From positions 476,814 through 540,813 of the forward strand of contig NMRA01000037.1 of assembly GCA_002633005.1 (NCBI GenBank): a DNA stretch of 64,000 nucleotides. The letters are read 5' to 3'. The notes under the pieces are model-generated. The model was not told where the DNA came from and made no database searches. It saw nothing but the letters and a program-made list of their open reading frames with translations. Shown piece after piece: positions 12,288 to 27,054 of the stretch. Every line of letters begins with the position of its first letter. The stretch's first letter is position 1. The DNA comes from Phoronis australis (taxonomy: Eukaryota > Animalia > Phoronida). The translations under genes were made by a program, and so were the position numbers.

Positions 12288-12560
12288 GGACACTGAAATT
12301 CAAGCCATCATTTAAAATATTCTTGACCCTGAAGATTGAGACATGGGTAATTTTGATGTTCATTATATTTCTCAAATGTTGGACACTACATTTTTTATCT
12401 ACTAAGTCTCAAATAAATCACCAAGAATAGCTACCAATGCAAAATTTATGGTATTCTTAATTCTTGACTTTGGGACGTCCAAAAACTATTTCTAAAATTT
12501 AGTAAAAGGTCCAACCTTGAACAAAACAATTTAAACTGTCCCCCAAACGGGAATATTTAC
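12288..12560. repeat. Dispersed repeat, with a related copy at ~39374-39570
   Basis: Shared blocks gacactgaaattcaagcca/gacattgaaattcgagcca, tttctcaaatgttggacac/tttctcaaatattggacac and ccttgaacaaaa in the same order. Confidence 0.55.
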
Positions 12561-13746
12561 GATAGTTTTGGCACCTTTGTTTGTGTAAGTGGACAAATTG
12601 AATACTGCGAACTAAGTTTGTCTAAATTTCTGTAATAATCGGGTCTATATACTTAGGTCCAATGAAGTCCTTGAAGCAGGACCTACTGGCAGATTTGTAT
12701 TTGAAGTCCACGGCTGGTAATGCTGTAATTTGTAGCATGTTTTATAACACAGTTGTATAATAATTTTTATTAATTCAGTGAACACACATATCAGGGAATG
12801 AGATACTTCCATATGCAGAATTCTCTCGTGACATCCTGTTAGTTTTTAAAATTCACAGAAGCAACAACTGCTAAATGGCAGTCAAAACATCAGTGCATTT
12901 ATTTATTGTGAAGAATTGGTGTCAAGTAATGGCTTCTCATGTCACTGGCACATTTCAAAATGATTTTTTGAACATGGGATGTGTTGAGGTGAAAACAAAG
13001 GTGGTTTAATTGCTGCGATTGGTTACATCGAACTTTGGTCACAATCAATGTTTTTGAGACCCTAGAGACTGTCGTAATACAGCAGGACTATTTCACAGCC
13101 ATCTAGTAACTTAGTTCTGGGTTGTACAAAACTTCATCGTTCACTAGCTCATGGTGCAGGGTTCACCATGGCATAACTATTGTTGGCTCTAATGGTTGAT
13201 ATTTTCATCTTGTTGGTAAATTTGTATGATTTAGATGTTAGAATATGCAACATCTTGCTGTAAATGTTGACATTACATATTAGTTATGTGCCAGTATTAT
13301 CTCCGGTGAGAAATGTGAACTTATTAACCAAAGAAGTTATTTTGTGCTTTGTGTAACACGATTTGTGATGTTTTTCAATAACAATCATGTGTCGTAAAAA
13401 TCTAGTTGATTATAACTACCGGTGGTCAACCTCTGGTCAACTTGAAGCACCCAGTTTGCTGATTGTGGCCAGAATTCTTTGTTGTGAAGAGAGCTTTCTT
13501 TGATAGTTTGATTATAGTGAATTAACCTCATTGTTAGATTTGATACACCACTCACATGCGATATTGTTATCGCTTTGTGAATTTGCAAACTAAATATTGT
13601 CTTTGGCACATTTTGTTAATCAGTTGTGCCTAATGATTGCAATCTAGCCTGGTTATTTCTAACCCAACCACCTTTGGAACTCTTGCCACAGTTAAGTATC
13701 CAGCTGTTATTAAACCAAGCAGGCATTATGTATATTTTGGAAAGTC

Positions 13747-13752
13747 AATAAA
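13747..13752 (+). terminator. Candidate distal polyadenylation signal of LRRC58 (implies a ~3.9 kb 3' UTR)
   Basis: AATAAA followed by a TG-rich tract; strand composition switches from T/G-rich to A/C-rich near 14 kb. Earlier AATAAA hexamers also exist. Confidence 0.4.
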
Positions 13753-14081
13753 TTTGAGATAAATTCAAGATTAGACTATGTATATTACTGTGTTCCATTT
13801 AGATTAGATCCCTTTTGGAACCAAAGAACCGTGGCTTGATGTGGTGGGTGTACAGCCACTTTGCATATCTCACAGACTTGTACTGGTATCGGTACTATTT
13901 TTATCGTTTTATTCTACGACAGAGGGTGCACCTGGTAGTGATCAAGTACGCGAGATATGGACAAAACGACTGTTAACTTACTGCATTAAGGGACTGTTCT
14001 CTGGTTCAAAAAAGGATCTTAAATATTTTCAATTCAAGATTAATTATTGATAGAATGAACAACCAAGTTTCCACTAGGCAG

Positions 14082-14087
14082 TTTATT
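14082..14087 (-). terminator. Candidate distal polyadenylation signal of GSK3
   Basis: TTTATT on plus (AATAAA on minus) at the composition switch, ~1.8 kb after the stop; a second candidate lies at 14591-14596. Confidence 0.45.
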
Positions 14088-15888
14088 TGTGATATAGAAA
14101 AGTGCGTACCTGATTTACCAAACTGACTTGGTTGAACATTAGAAAGATAAAACCCCAAATGAACAACTTTGGAGCTCTGAAATATCTACAACTTAATGGG
14201 GTTTGTTAACTAACAATGAACCATAACCTTATACTTCATAGCAGACATTTTAGGCCACTGTTCTAAACTAGTAAAAGAAACGAGGTTTTGGTGACTTCAA
14301 TACTTCTCATTTAAGACGACAAAGTAAAAGTTCAATCTTTTTGTCCCCTAAGTAGATCATTCAACAAAAGAGGGGGTAAAATGCCAAGTCTGGACCTTAA
14401 TACTCTGACTATACATTGGATCTGTACAAAGATTCACAAACAGTTGTGTATGGTAGTAATAATTAATGTTACATGTCCGCCACTAATCTATAATATAATC
14501 ATCTTACAACTGCCAGCACAACTCTCGCTAGACAATCTTGTGCGAGTCGTGCTAGCTCCAGGGGAAATAACTACAATAATTACAACAGTGTTTATTTACA
14601 AAGTTATATATGCGAACCCTCATATTAACAACAGCCCAACATTTGGGGACACATAACACTTGAATACGCAGAAAACTTAGTAGGAAAACGATTCTGTTGA
14701 TTGAATCGGAAAAGAACAGCCAATTGATGCATCCACAAGTCAACTACGCATCTGTTGCCATTTTGGGCAGAAAGAGTAATCTTAAAAAAACGTGCGTAAC
14801 GTTAAAATCAGAAAACAACTAGTCCTAATTGTATGTAAAATAAAATACTGAAGATGACGGTACAACCAAGGCAGACAAAATAAACCTAGAGATGGCTGCA
14901 TTACTATGTATTAAGTGAGAAACTGCGCACTACAGGGTAAATTTGTTTTGATTATACAACTGATGCGAACACCCTGGACATGCGAGGTTACGTTGTGGTC
15001 CACTTCGATTCATAAAACGAAGGAAAGAATATAACTACAGATCACTGAATCCCACACGTCCATAGTCCCCACTGGACCTAAACTGACGGATGACCAAAAA
15101 AATTTGGGAGTAAATTCCCTCTCAGCAAGATAGGTCCCACCATCTGGCATAGCAAGAATTGTGACCCAGAATTTTGGACTGACCAGATTGCACTCCGTCT
15201 AGAATAAGTAATTTCTGACAAGTCGAGCACAGACAACGGCATGATTTAAAAGGAAATGACTAAAATCACCATTACAGTAGCAGCTGATGATTCACAAACA
15301 CAAGGTACTCAGTAAACAAAAATGTGAAATGTCTACAAATCCCCAAAACAATACAGTCAGTGGTAATACCCACTATCCCAAAGTTAACAATGGACTGCAC
15401 AAAACACAGTTTTGGCAACCACATCAATATCAACATTTGGAGCTGTTGCGCACTACTATTTACAAGAAACCTAAGACGCCCTCTTTACATTGAATGCTGC
15501 CAATTCAAACGTGGCATCACGAAACAACGAACACATAACAATACGCAAGAATTTATCTAAAATTTGATTTTAAAAACTAGACAGTCATTCACCCTCAGGA
15601 CATTTCTTTCAATAAAATGACACTGCAGTTGGTCCAAGTAATTCTATGTCGAGGCAGCAACTTGCTAGTGGCCAACAGTAAAACAACATGCTCAGACGCT
15701 CCCTGAAATGTGCACTGGTTCAGCATAAACATTGTCCGTAGACACAGCACAATAGTCTTTGAAATAACTTGTCCCGCGAGTCACAGACAAGTGTGACGTC
15801 AACTACTCAGCAAATGTAGTCCAACGCTGGTCCAACGGCAACACTAGTCTCCACAGCTCAGGTGTCAACACCACTGCGAGTCACTTGA

Positions 15889-16049
15889 CTACGAGGTGGC
15901 TCCTGCTACGGCCCCGCCCGCTGCATCGCCACTGTTTGACGCCATAATGCTCGGATTGTCCGCCGATGACGCAGGAGTTCCCTGATTCTCCTGCACGCGA
16001 GCATGAGGCGGGATCAACGCAGAGTTCAACTCTGGCTTGATGGCCATTT
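15889..16049 (-). CDS. GSK3B: GSK3 exon 9 (last coding exon)
   Basis: tttcag| (E)MAIKPELNSALIPPHARVQENQGTPASSADNPSIMASNSGDAAGGAVAGATS then TAG; contains the conserved LIPPHAR motif. Confidence 0.92.
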
Positions 16050-17455
16050 CTGAAATAATAATTACAATAACAATAATAATATCTTTAATAATATCTTAAG
16101 AACTACGAAAATTTTAGTTAAAAATCACATCACTTTAAACAGTTTCCTCCAAAAATCCAATTAAAAAGCAATTTATGGAGAACCTGATCAAAATTCAATT
16201 TCCTTTTCACACTTTTTAAGTACTTAGGCTTGCTAATTAACCGTCCTGAGCAATTGGCTTGACTTTCCAATTATTGGCAAACCAATATTAAGGTTACCTG
16301 TAACTCTAAAAATATAAATTATAAAAAATACGAGCCGCGCTTACAGCAAAATGTGTGAGCATTTCACGTAAATTTTAATTTCATACAAACTGTTGTTTTC
16401 TGGTGAAAAATACCAATTTCGGAAAGCCCATCACCAACACGCACAGTTCATTTACACGCAATTACATATTTCACCAATGCAAAGGCCTACTGTTTTTCAA
16501 CCCATACACTCTGCCCAGTAAATCACCTGCTTGTAGTATCGTTTCAAAGTTCTTAAATTTTTATTTAACGTTATGCCAAAATACTGTCAGAATACAAGAT
16601 GAAGTTTGTGTGTCAGCAGACAGCATGTGAGATTCGACTTCCTGGTTCAGATAAAGTCTAACTCTGTCCCAAAACAGCCAAAGGCCGGCAATGAATTTTG
16701 CCAACTGAATGCAGGATCATGTGGATTAAAAAACCCACCTTAAGTTCAACAAAACTTTATAAAATTGCCGCAATTCCTACCCAAGTTCTGATATTTCGTC
16801 ACGCAACTGTCGCTGAAAATTTGTATGCAGTTACATCCAATTTATACCATGATAAACACAAACTTTTCCAAACTTCGTTACATGAGATCTAGAGAAAGGG
16901 TACATCGACTTTAATCGTGTTTGCATTTTCTGACAGTACAGTGTCACAATGTGAAAGCTGTGTCTCAAGATTTTTTTATTTAATAGAGCTTTTATTATTT
17001 TTTATTTTTAATTTTAAACAAAGAGTCCAACTATTCTTAGAAAACTGCTTAACACTATTTTTGCAATTACAAAAACACAGGCATTAGCCACAGTTTTTGA
17101 ACATTTTCATCGCAGTTACAACATGAAACTCTCATGGATGCTAGTGAAAGGACTTGTTCCTTATCAATGTACATTTTCAAAAACGCAATTTTATTCAATA
17201 CACATTGTCACGTGACCACGAGAATGGCACGACTCCTAGATTCAATTACTTTTATGGGTTAACAGTCGCTAGTTAGTTCGACATTACAAGAAGAAAAGAT
17301 TTTAATTGGGGGCACGCATAACCTTGACCTAGATTCAAGCGTGACACACACAGAGTCAAAAATCCATAAAAACTAGGTCACTTTCATTGGTTCAACAAAC
17401 AGAACGACAACAGTGCGTGTCTTCAGATCCCCTGACACTACTTTCCCACACTGAC

Positions 17456-17642
17456 CCTGTGCTGTAAAGTTCAGTAAAGGAGGCAGGTCTCGGCCATTAG
17501 GCAGTCTCGCATTGGCGTCTCGCAGTTCGTCAAAGAAGTTGTGCGCGCAGGCTTCCAGGGGTGACATACGGGACTTTGGAGTGTACTCCAGTAGACGGCT
17601 CACCAGCTCTATGGACTCAGCAGGTGTTCGAGGTCGGAATAC
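17456..17642 (-). CDS. GSK3B: GSK3 exon 8
   Basis: gaacag| [62 protein letters not shown](E) |gtcagt. Confidence 0.95.
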
Positions 17643-18093
17643 CTGTTCACAATGGGAAATGGACAGTTGAGACTTGACAACACAGGTGGCAAAATGATGT
17701 GCTTGTGTGTGACAACAACTGCCATCTACAACTTTCACTCCTTTTGGTAAAAATTTGCACTAGTTCCACGGTCCTTCCAACCAAACAAGAGTAACTATTA
17801 CAACAGTTTAAAATGATGTAGTCACGGAAGCTGTACTGTGGCAGGATTATTTAACAATAAGATTGAAATTCTGTAAAATGAAATAGCACCTATGTCGAAC
17901 TTAAGTCCAATTTTAATTTGACATTACGGTGTGCAGCGTCTCTTTTACTTAAAAAAGGCGAGTAAGCAAGAGTTCCAGAAAAGAGCTAAGTACAACCACT
18001 GCAGATATTGAAGCAAAAAAGTCAGAATTAGACAGTACTCTTGTAATGAAATGGCTGTTTGTCCAGTAGATCTTTGAAACTATTGTCGATCTA

Positions 18094-18642
<549 letters not shown>

Positions 18643-19239
18643 CTAGTAATAGTTCTACTCTAATAATTCTTTTATAATTTTTAAAAGCGGGTATCAACTT
18701 GCCCTTCATCACAAATAAATTTTGATTAGACCAATCAAGAGTTATGAAATTGGTCTCAAGCTGTTCCTAAGTCAAACTAGAGATGACGTCAGAGCTTGAG
18801 AAGAACTAAGTCTGTTATTGCCACAGCCCAAGCTCTACAGATAGACCTGCCACAATGTGCCCCGTCATGCGCCAGTTATTGTCTCGGATGAACAACGAAC
18901 TGTCAGTTCTTTGCAAACTTTGACATTACCGCTCATTTTCAGCTAGGAACAGTTTAAGGGCGATTTTGTAGTAGTACGTGGTCTAAATCAAATGTCGGCC
19001 ACTTTGAACATTAATACACATACTATGTGTAAATCGCGAACTCCTCAATTGATATTACAACAGTTTCCCTCATCAAGGTCTTTTAATAGTTCACACAGAG
19101 CAAACAATTTTGTGTAAATTAATATCAAAATAACCACTTTACAAATTCACAAGCAATCTTTGATGCACGGTGAGCCAATACACTACAGATATCGGCGATC
19201 AATACATACACACCAACAAAGTACACTTTGAAAGGATCA

Positions 19240-19604
<365 letters not shown>

Positions 19605-19611
19605 GGCTAGA

Positions 19612-20630
19612 CAAATTTGGTCAAAGTTGGAAATCAGCTGGTGCCAGCTGTACACCTCTCGGTCAAGGTCCATCAAAAAACAATGAAGTCATTTTAACAA
19701 TAATTAATGGACAAGCACTTTCTTGTCAAAAGCTAAAATGGCCAACAGGGGGTGCTGTTGCAGCAATAGCCTAATCTGATAACCATCAGGCACTGGCGAA
19801 TTCCAAGCATAAACCCTTGTGTCAGCTTTCAGTTTTGACAACAATAAACAAACAAGCAATACCTTGTCAAAAACTAAAATGGCCAACAGGAGGTGCTGGT
19901 TACATCCACTCAAAAACCAAATAATGACCACGCATAACCAGATATCGTCATGTCAATTTTCATTAAAATATGGCAAGCTCTTTTGACAAGGAAACCCCTG
20001 CCAAAAATGAAAATGGCATGCAAGCAGATTACCTCAGTCAAATTCCTGCCATATCTATGGGTCAGGTTCAGTCAAAATCAATCATAAGCTATTTTTTAAC
20101 AAAGTGGCAGACAAACAATATCTTGCCAACAACTAAAACAGCCAACAGGAGGTGCCATGGCAGTCAAATTCGTACAAAAATCAGCTGGTGCTGGCACATC
20201 CCACCCAAGAACCCAGCTTTTAAGTTTCATCAAAATCTGTCAATAATCGATGCACAAGGAAAATCTTGATGACAATTAAAACTATCAAGAGGGGGCGCTA
20301 AAGTAGATGACCCATCTTAAAAGCAACAGGTGGCAATACATTCCCCCTACATACTCCAGTGCTGAGTTCTGACATTGCTAAAGTTGTTTTCTCAAAAACT
20401 GTCAGCCACAGAAATTTTTGTCAAAAGCTTAATCGACCAAAGGGGGGCGACACAGTAGATAAATATGTCCGAAAATCAATGTCATTAACTTTGTGCTAAA
20501 TTTCATCACAATACATCAAGTGGTTTTTGAGATAATTACATAAAAGAAAAGGTACCAATGGATCACGGACAGATGGGATGTCGACAACAGTACATGAAAC
20601 CACAAAATATTTTCGTAGGAACATAAAAAT
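19612..20630. mobile_element. Degenerate Helentron-associated (HINE/pearl-like) non-autonomous repeat
   Basis: Internal subrepeats with aa(a/g)tttcatca.aat and ccaacagg.ggtgc motifs; 3' GGAC/AGAT-rich tract, short imperfect palindrome and A-run. Family assignment is by architecture only. Confidence 0.4.
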
Positions 20631-20876
20631 GAAACTGTAGAACAAGTTAAAAAAATTGGATATTGTTTTAAATTATCAAGCTGTCTGTGTAAAAATGTGT
20701 GCTTAAAATTTTGTAGAAAATTGAATCAATTAATGGACTTACAGTGAATTGACAAGACCAACTGTTACAAGGACATGAACAATAGTTTGTGTTGTACAAG
20801 ACAATTCTAATTTGCACTTATTCCATAATACAGTGGTGTCTGTACACTGGTCTGGGAAGAAAAAGCAGACAACTTA

Positions 20877-21107
<231 letters not shown>

Positions 21108-22403
21108 TTAAGAGTGACCTCTAGGCTCCTGAACAACTGACAGTTTGTTATATTTTTAGACCAAGCTCATAAAATTTCAGGTGACACTGTGCCCTGGTTT
21201 GGAGACTGAATAAAGAAATACTAGTTATTTTTAAGCGCAGAAACCACACCTCTTTTGACTGAGGAACAACTTCAAACCAATTTCGTAATGGTAAGCGGCC
21301 TACATCAAAACTTGGGTTCTCGACACAAAGCACAGGGTTTAATGCTGTTTGAACTATTCACTTCCAACTCATTAGAATCAGAGCGGTCTCTCAGCAACAG
21401 GCAGCTGTATTCTGTAATCTGTCAAAGTGGGCTAGTGAGCAAAGAATAACTTCCAACAATAACAAACTGTTGTATCCACTCAGGAATATGCCCAACACAA
21501 GTATAAGCCCACCCCTCGATTTTGTGTAAGGTCAAATAAGGCATAGCTGGTTCAGGTCTGACCTGTGCTCACCGACTAAAAAAAATAACACCCACCCGCA
21601 TCAATTTCAACGGAGGACTTGATTTTTTCAAAAGCTATACAAAGTCACATAAGCAAGGTATGAAGTGCCATGGTTTGCCAAGCCATGAGTAAAAAGCAAA
21701 TCCTACATCAATTTTTTTGTTCGTCTCAGGTGGAGTTTTTGAAGAGGTGAGCAACTAAAATAAATACCGCACCACCGACCCAATTTTCAAAAAAAAAAAA
21801 CCACGAATAGAACCAACTTTGTCTTTAGCTAATAACGGATACAGCCCCTCTTGCCCAGATTCTAGCCCAACTCCTCTCATCTCTCAGTACACATCGAACC
21901 ACTGTCACCTCATGTTTTTGCCTGGTCCTTTGGCAGGTTAAATGCCCAGAAAAAGAGATCGCAGTAGCGTGAATATGGACTGACGTTTTAGTTAGCCAAT
22001 CAGCTTATGTGTGGATGTGGAATACAAGTCACTGGCTAACGCATACATGATTATCTGATACAAGCCCTCCCTCATTTTAGGAGCTTTCCAATACAAGATA
22101 ATGGGCTATACCTACAGCAAAAATTCTTCAGTTTGGGACACAATATGGCGAACCGGCGAATTTCATTTCGCCAAATTTCTCAACAAAACAACTTGAATCA
22201 TGAAACTTACTTTGCTTTACCAGTGTTTGTATGGTGTAGCTATTACCGAACAACACTTGGTAAAATTTTGAGTATTTGTAACAAGGCATTAATCCTCTAT
22301 AAAATAGATTTATGTCAATTATCGTAATTATTTTTGTCCCAAATTGAAGAATTTTTGCAGCAAGCGGACACCATAATTTCACTGATCAAGACCGTAGCCT
22401 TAC

Positions 22404-22514
22404 CTTAATATACAATATAGGTATAGTCTGCTTTGACTTGCTATAGTGACGAGCTACCCTGTAGACTGTTTCAGGCACATAGTCAAGCACTAGGTTCAGG
22501 TAAACCTCTTCCTT
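22404..22514 (-). CDS. GSK3B: GSK3 exon 4
   Basis: tttcag| [37 protein letters not shown] |gtaagg. Confidence 0.96.
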
Positions 22515-25500
22515 CTGAAACCAACAGAACACAGAGCTTACTGAGGCGTGAACATTCTTACATTGCCAGCTGCAGAGAGTTCACTGTAACAACATAACAT
22601 TTGGAACACTGTAATGGACGTGTTTCGTGCAGTGTTACAGACACAATGTTTGGTACAATGTAATGGATATAATGTTTGGTAACACTGCAGAGTGGCGAGG
22701 AAAACCATTCACAAAAGGTCCTCACGGGACTGAAAAAAGTGTGAAAAAAGTGGGCAGTGTCGCCACCAGAAAAGGAAGAAATGCGCCATTTAAAAGCACA
22801 GCAATAAAGATATATAATATGCAGAGCAATAAAACATTCAGCCTATTTCATCTATCTATTAATATAAGATAGCCAGGGTATAAAGGCTCGTTTTTCTTAG
22901 ACTGGAGAGTATGAGGAGGTGCTTCAACATTGTTTTGGATTGGATTAGAATTGGTGTAATGTGAACTTAGACACTGTCACGATAGAACTTACAGGACATT
23001 GTTGCAAGATGTCCTCTGCACTACTGTGTGCCTGTGCTCAGCCTGTGCTCTGTGTGAATCATGGCTGAAGTTAATGTATTAAACGTGAGACATTCCCACA
23101 AAAATGGCAAATGATCACAGGGGAAGGGGAAGTAGAATTATGGAGGAGGGTTGGGGAACACATTCACTACACACATTCAAATGTGGCCTAATTTCCTATC
23201 ATTTCCTTAACCTCAGCAACATGTTTGGAACTGTTTGGCTTCCTGGGAGAAGTTCGTGACTATATAATACTTTGGTAATCATAGGAGCCTAAAACAACTC
23301 ATTAGATATCTGACAACCCTTTTCTGGTAAAATCAAATACAAATTATCATCTTTTCAGGATTCATCTAGCCTGCCTATTGAAAAATCAAAATTTTTTTAA
23401 AGGGGCATCATCACCACTTGATATCACCACTTGATGTCGCCACTTGTCACTAGGGAAGGCACAGCTGGTCAAAGTCTGTATTACTGCATTGCCATAACCA
23501 GTACAAGTGTAATGTCAAGTTGTGCTGGCCAGGATGTGCGGAGAGCATGTCCAGCCCACAGACTATGAGGGAACACGCACCGGTTTTGAACTCAAAGTCT
23601 GTGACTTGAGCGTGCTGATTATGAAGTCACTAATCACTGAACGGATTCCGACAATAACGTCCAGAAATCCCAACACTTTAACAGACAAAAACATGTCTAC
23701 CATAAAACTTAATGTTATTGTGATGCTAATTATTGGTTTCCAGAATATTAAATAAGCTGACAATTATTTAATTAATAAGGAATTTTAGGCTCTAGGCGAT
23801 CTATCTCTCACGCATCTAAAGATCAGATCAATGTATCAAACTTTTGCTCTTAGGATAAGAGTGGCAGCTCCAAATGCTCTTGGTGGTCTTCCACACTGTC
23901 TCTCTTGCCTATGCCAAGATCAATGGCAAGGAGCAGAACTGGCACACACGGAAAATCAACGAATCTATCAAAATCATGATCCAGCGCCCCCCCCCCTTTT
24001 GAATCGGGACCGTGGTGTTCAATTATCTCTCCTCTACAGTGACATCCCTACCAAGCCTACGGCAGGAAATATCCCAGGTACTCCAGTCATCGACAAAGGC
24101 CTGGTGGACCACGCTAAAACGTCTGCCAGCACCCCTCAATTTTAGTCTTTCAGTACGTGATTTTGCTATATTTACCACTGTGGAGTAAACACAACAGTCT
24201 AAGATCTCCCATGAACTATATGGTGTATCAGTCACGCTCTTGAAACAGAGAGTCAAGTGTTAAACATAGGCTTCATATCTATGTTGAACTGGATGGGAAC
24301 TTCCAAAAAACACTAAAGCCACTCGTAAACGAGATAATCCTATCACCAACAACAGAGCAAACTTCAACTTTAAAACAGAGTCTACTCAAGCCCAAATGAA
24401 CATTGACCGACAACTGGCAAGGCTAGGGCACGTAAAGACATTGTTGAACACAAGAGTACCCAAATAAATTTAATAAAATTTCTGAATGAAAATATCTAGG
24501 CGTGTTGGTCCCAAAAGAGGTTGCACCTGCCGTAATGGACTGCCAGGTGACAGCAGAAAATGATGAATGAAGTGATATGGGATTGACCCCTTCCCAAGGA
24601 TTTAGGGTATTTGGACTTGTAGATTGACTGTGGCAATGTTATGTTGTACACTCCAACCATCGCCCACTCTTTACTGCTGACCATCTGTCAAATACAAAAT
24701 AATCTAAACCAGAAAACTTGAGATTTGGCTGATAAAACAATGTCTAGTTTATGGGTTCCACATGTCCCAGTAAGTGAACTTCCTCAGTGGAAAAAAATAA
24801 AGTAATGTAAACAGCTATTGTAAACAGGCCCTTAAAAATGGAATACAACTGCTATGTGAAAAGTGGTACAAAGAATGTCCCTGTCCACATTAGCTAACTG
24901 GCTACTTTCATTGCTATCAGTCTGGATATGGTCCGCTGGTCTCATTGAATATGGAATTATCAAGACTTATTGACCACAACTAGGTTTACATGATAGAAAC
25001 ATGTGACAGGCCAATATGCGATCAATAAAGCCGAAAGCCAAATCTGTCATGCTAGAAACAAATGGCGGAGCAATGCCAGGCAGCTGTGCTCTATAGGCAC
25101 GTTGCTGGAATCAATAACCGACAAGGATAAACACAGGTTGATCAATACCTGCGAAGATTAAAGCATGATTCAATTAGCCCTCTGCTGCTCTACTACAAAC
25201 CATAAAGCGACATGACATGAGCCGAAGTGGACACTAGCTCAGACAAGTGACTGCGACACACAAATTTCGTATGAAAACTTCTCCGTTATCATTCAAGGCT
25301 TTAATCTGCCCAAGTCCATCACACAAAGTTAAAATACTTTCAAAGTGGAATTGTTGAAGTATAATTTCTCCATTTACTACGTCAATACTGACAAATAACA
25401 CGGAAGACTCCAAAAGGTTCACTTTCAAGCCTCTGTGTGGCCACAGGCCGTAAAAAGGCGAGCACCAATAGCTCATGGCAAAGGTGTTCTATAAGACATT

Positions 25501-26970
25501 TTACCAACAATGGCAAACTCAGATCAGTCTGAAGGAAACACAAAGCTCTTCAGATTATTTTGCAATGCAGGATCAAGTGTAGTCTTGCAATCACAATTTA
25601 TGATCAGAAACATAAAACCTCAATGGAATTGTCATTAATAGCACAGGTACAATGAAGGGGTGAATGCCCTGCTCTTAAGTGCACCAGTGTTTGAATGGAA
25701 ATAACACACGCACAGTCAAGTAATTAGCAGACTTCATTAACCAAATGTAACAAGATAATGTTTTAAACACAAGCACCTGACCTATAGCTGTACTTTTGGT
25801 GGATAAAAATATATCATACCGTACCACACAAAATGATATATGCAAAGATCTCAGACAAGGAAAGTTACCAACTGGCCGTTGCTCTTCTAAAGTATCCACA
25901 AACACAAATGAAAGGTATGACAACTGCACATTAAATACACCCAGCAAGTTTGTGTTTGCTCTCCAATTCACTCAGTCTCAGCTCAACACTCAGAGCCAAC
26001 CATGAGCGCTGTGTTCACTTCACCATCTCCATGCAACTGCACACCACATTACTGTCTCCAACTGACTCCACCCAAGGAGCAGTGACAAGGGCATAGAAAC
26101 AAATTGCAAACTGGCAACAGTAGGGTTGACTGGAAGGTCATGGAGTTTCCTTTGCCCAATAATAATACAATGAACATAAGGCCTGGTTTGCTCATTAACT
26201 ATGAGCAGAACAGGGAAAGCTAAAAATAAACTCAACCAGGTTCATTTGGGAGAAAAATGCAGGCGAATTAACGATTAAGAAAGACTCCAAGTTCTTTATT
26301 GGGTAGAAAAATGAGATAGATTGAATTATTCGTAGCAGAATGGCAGACATTGAGTTTTCAATTTACAATTAAAAGTGCTTCGAGGTTTAAAAACATAACC
26401 ACACTCATCTGATACTGATTTGCTGTTTAAGAAGCAACAACTTAAGTCGCAGACAAATTGCACATGCGCTGTTTTTAATTCTTAATTTTAGGATGGGCCA
26501 ATACGAAAAATCTCTTAACTGTTTTCTTGAGTTGATTTCAATGTTCTGATAATGGAAATCCAGTCTTATCACAGTGAGGAATGTCATGAGAATAATTTTA
26601 TGAGATCAAGTGGTGTAATTCATGGACACATGATTCATTACATACGCGGGCATGTGCCTGAACTCAAGCACATGCACGGTGTGAAAACACTTGGACAAAA
26701 TAATTTGTCTGACACAAAACGCAATAAATTTGAAACATAAGGATATTGGTCCACATACAGCACATAAATAGGAGATTTCCAGAAACGTCTAAATCTCAGA
26801 CACTCAAAGACGGCATGTCTGAACTTGCAATATTCAGTGAAGCATTTCTCATTTTGTTGAGAGAAAAAAATATCTGTCCCGTCACGAACGCCGTTACACA
26901 TGCAATACGAAGACATATTCATCAAGGATACAACGTGAACCGTGGGTACATACTTATGTCATCAACTCAC

Positions 26971-27054
26971 CTTTTCCCCACTGGAGTAGAAGTAATATTT
27001 CAGCTTTATTATATTCACATGTTCTAACTTCCTCATTATTTGTAATTCTCGGTT
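26971..27054 (-). CDS. GSK3B: GSK3 exon 3
   Basis: ttccag| [28 protein letters not shown] |gtgagt. Confidence 0.96.

Noticed and set aside
23560-23620. tRNA or tRNA-derived SINE head (B-box-like GAGTTCAAAACC on minus)
   Set aside because: No convincing A box, cloverleaf, tail or second copy.
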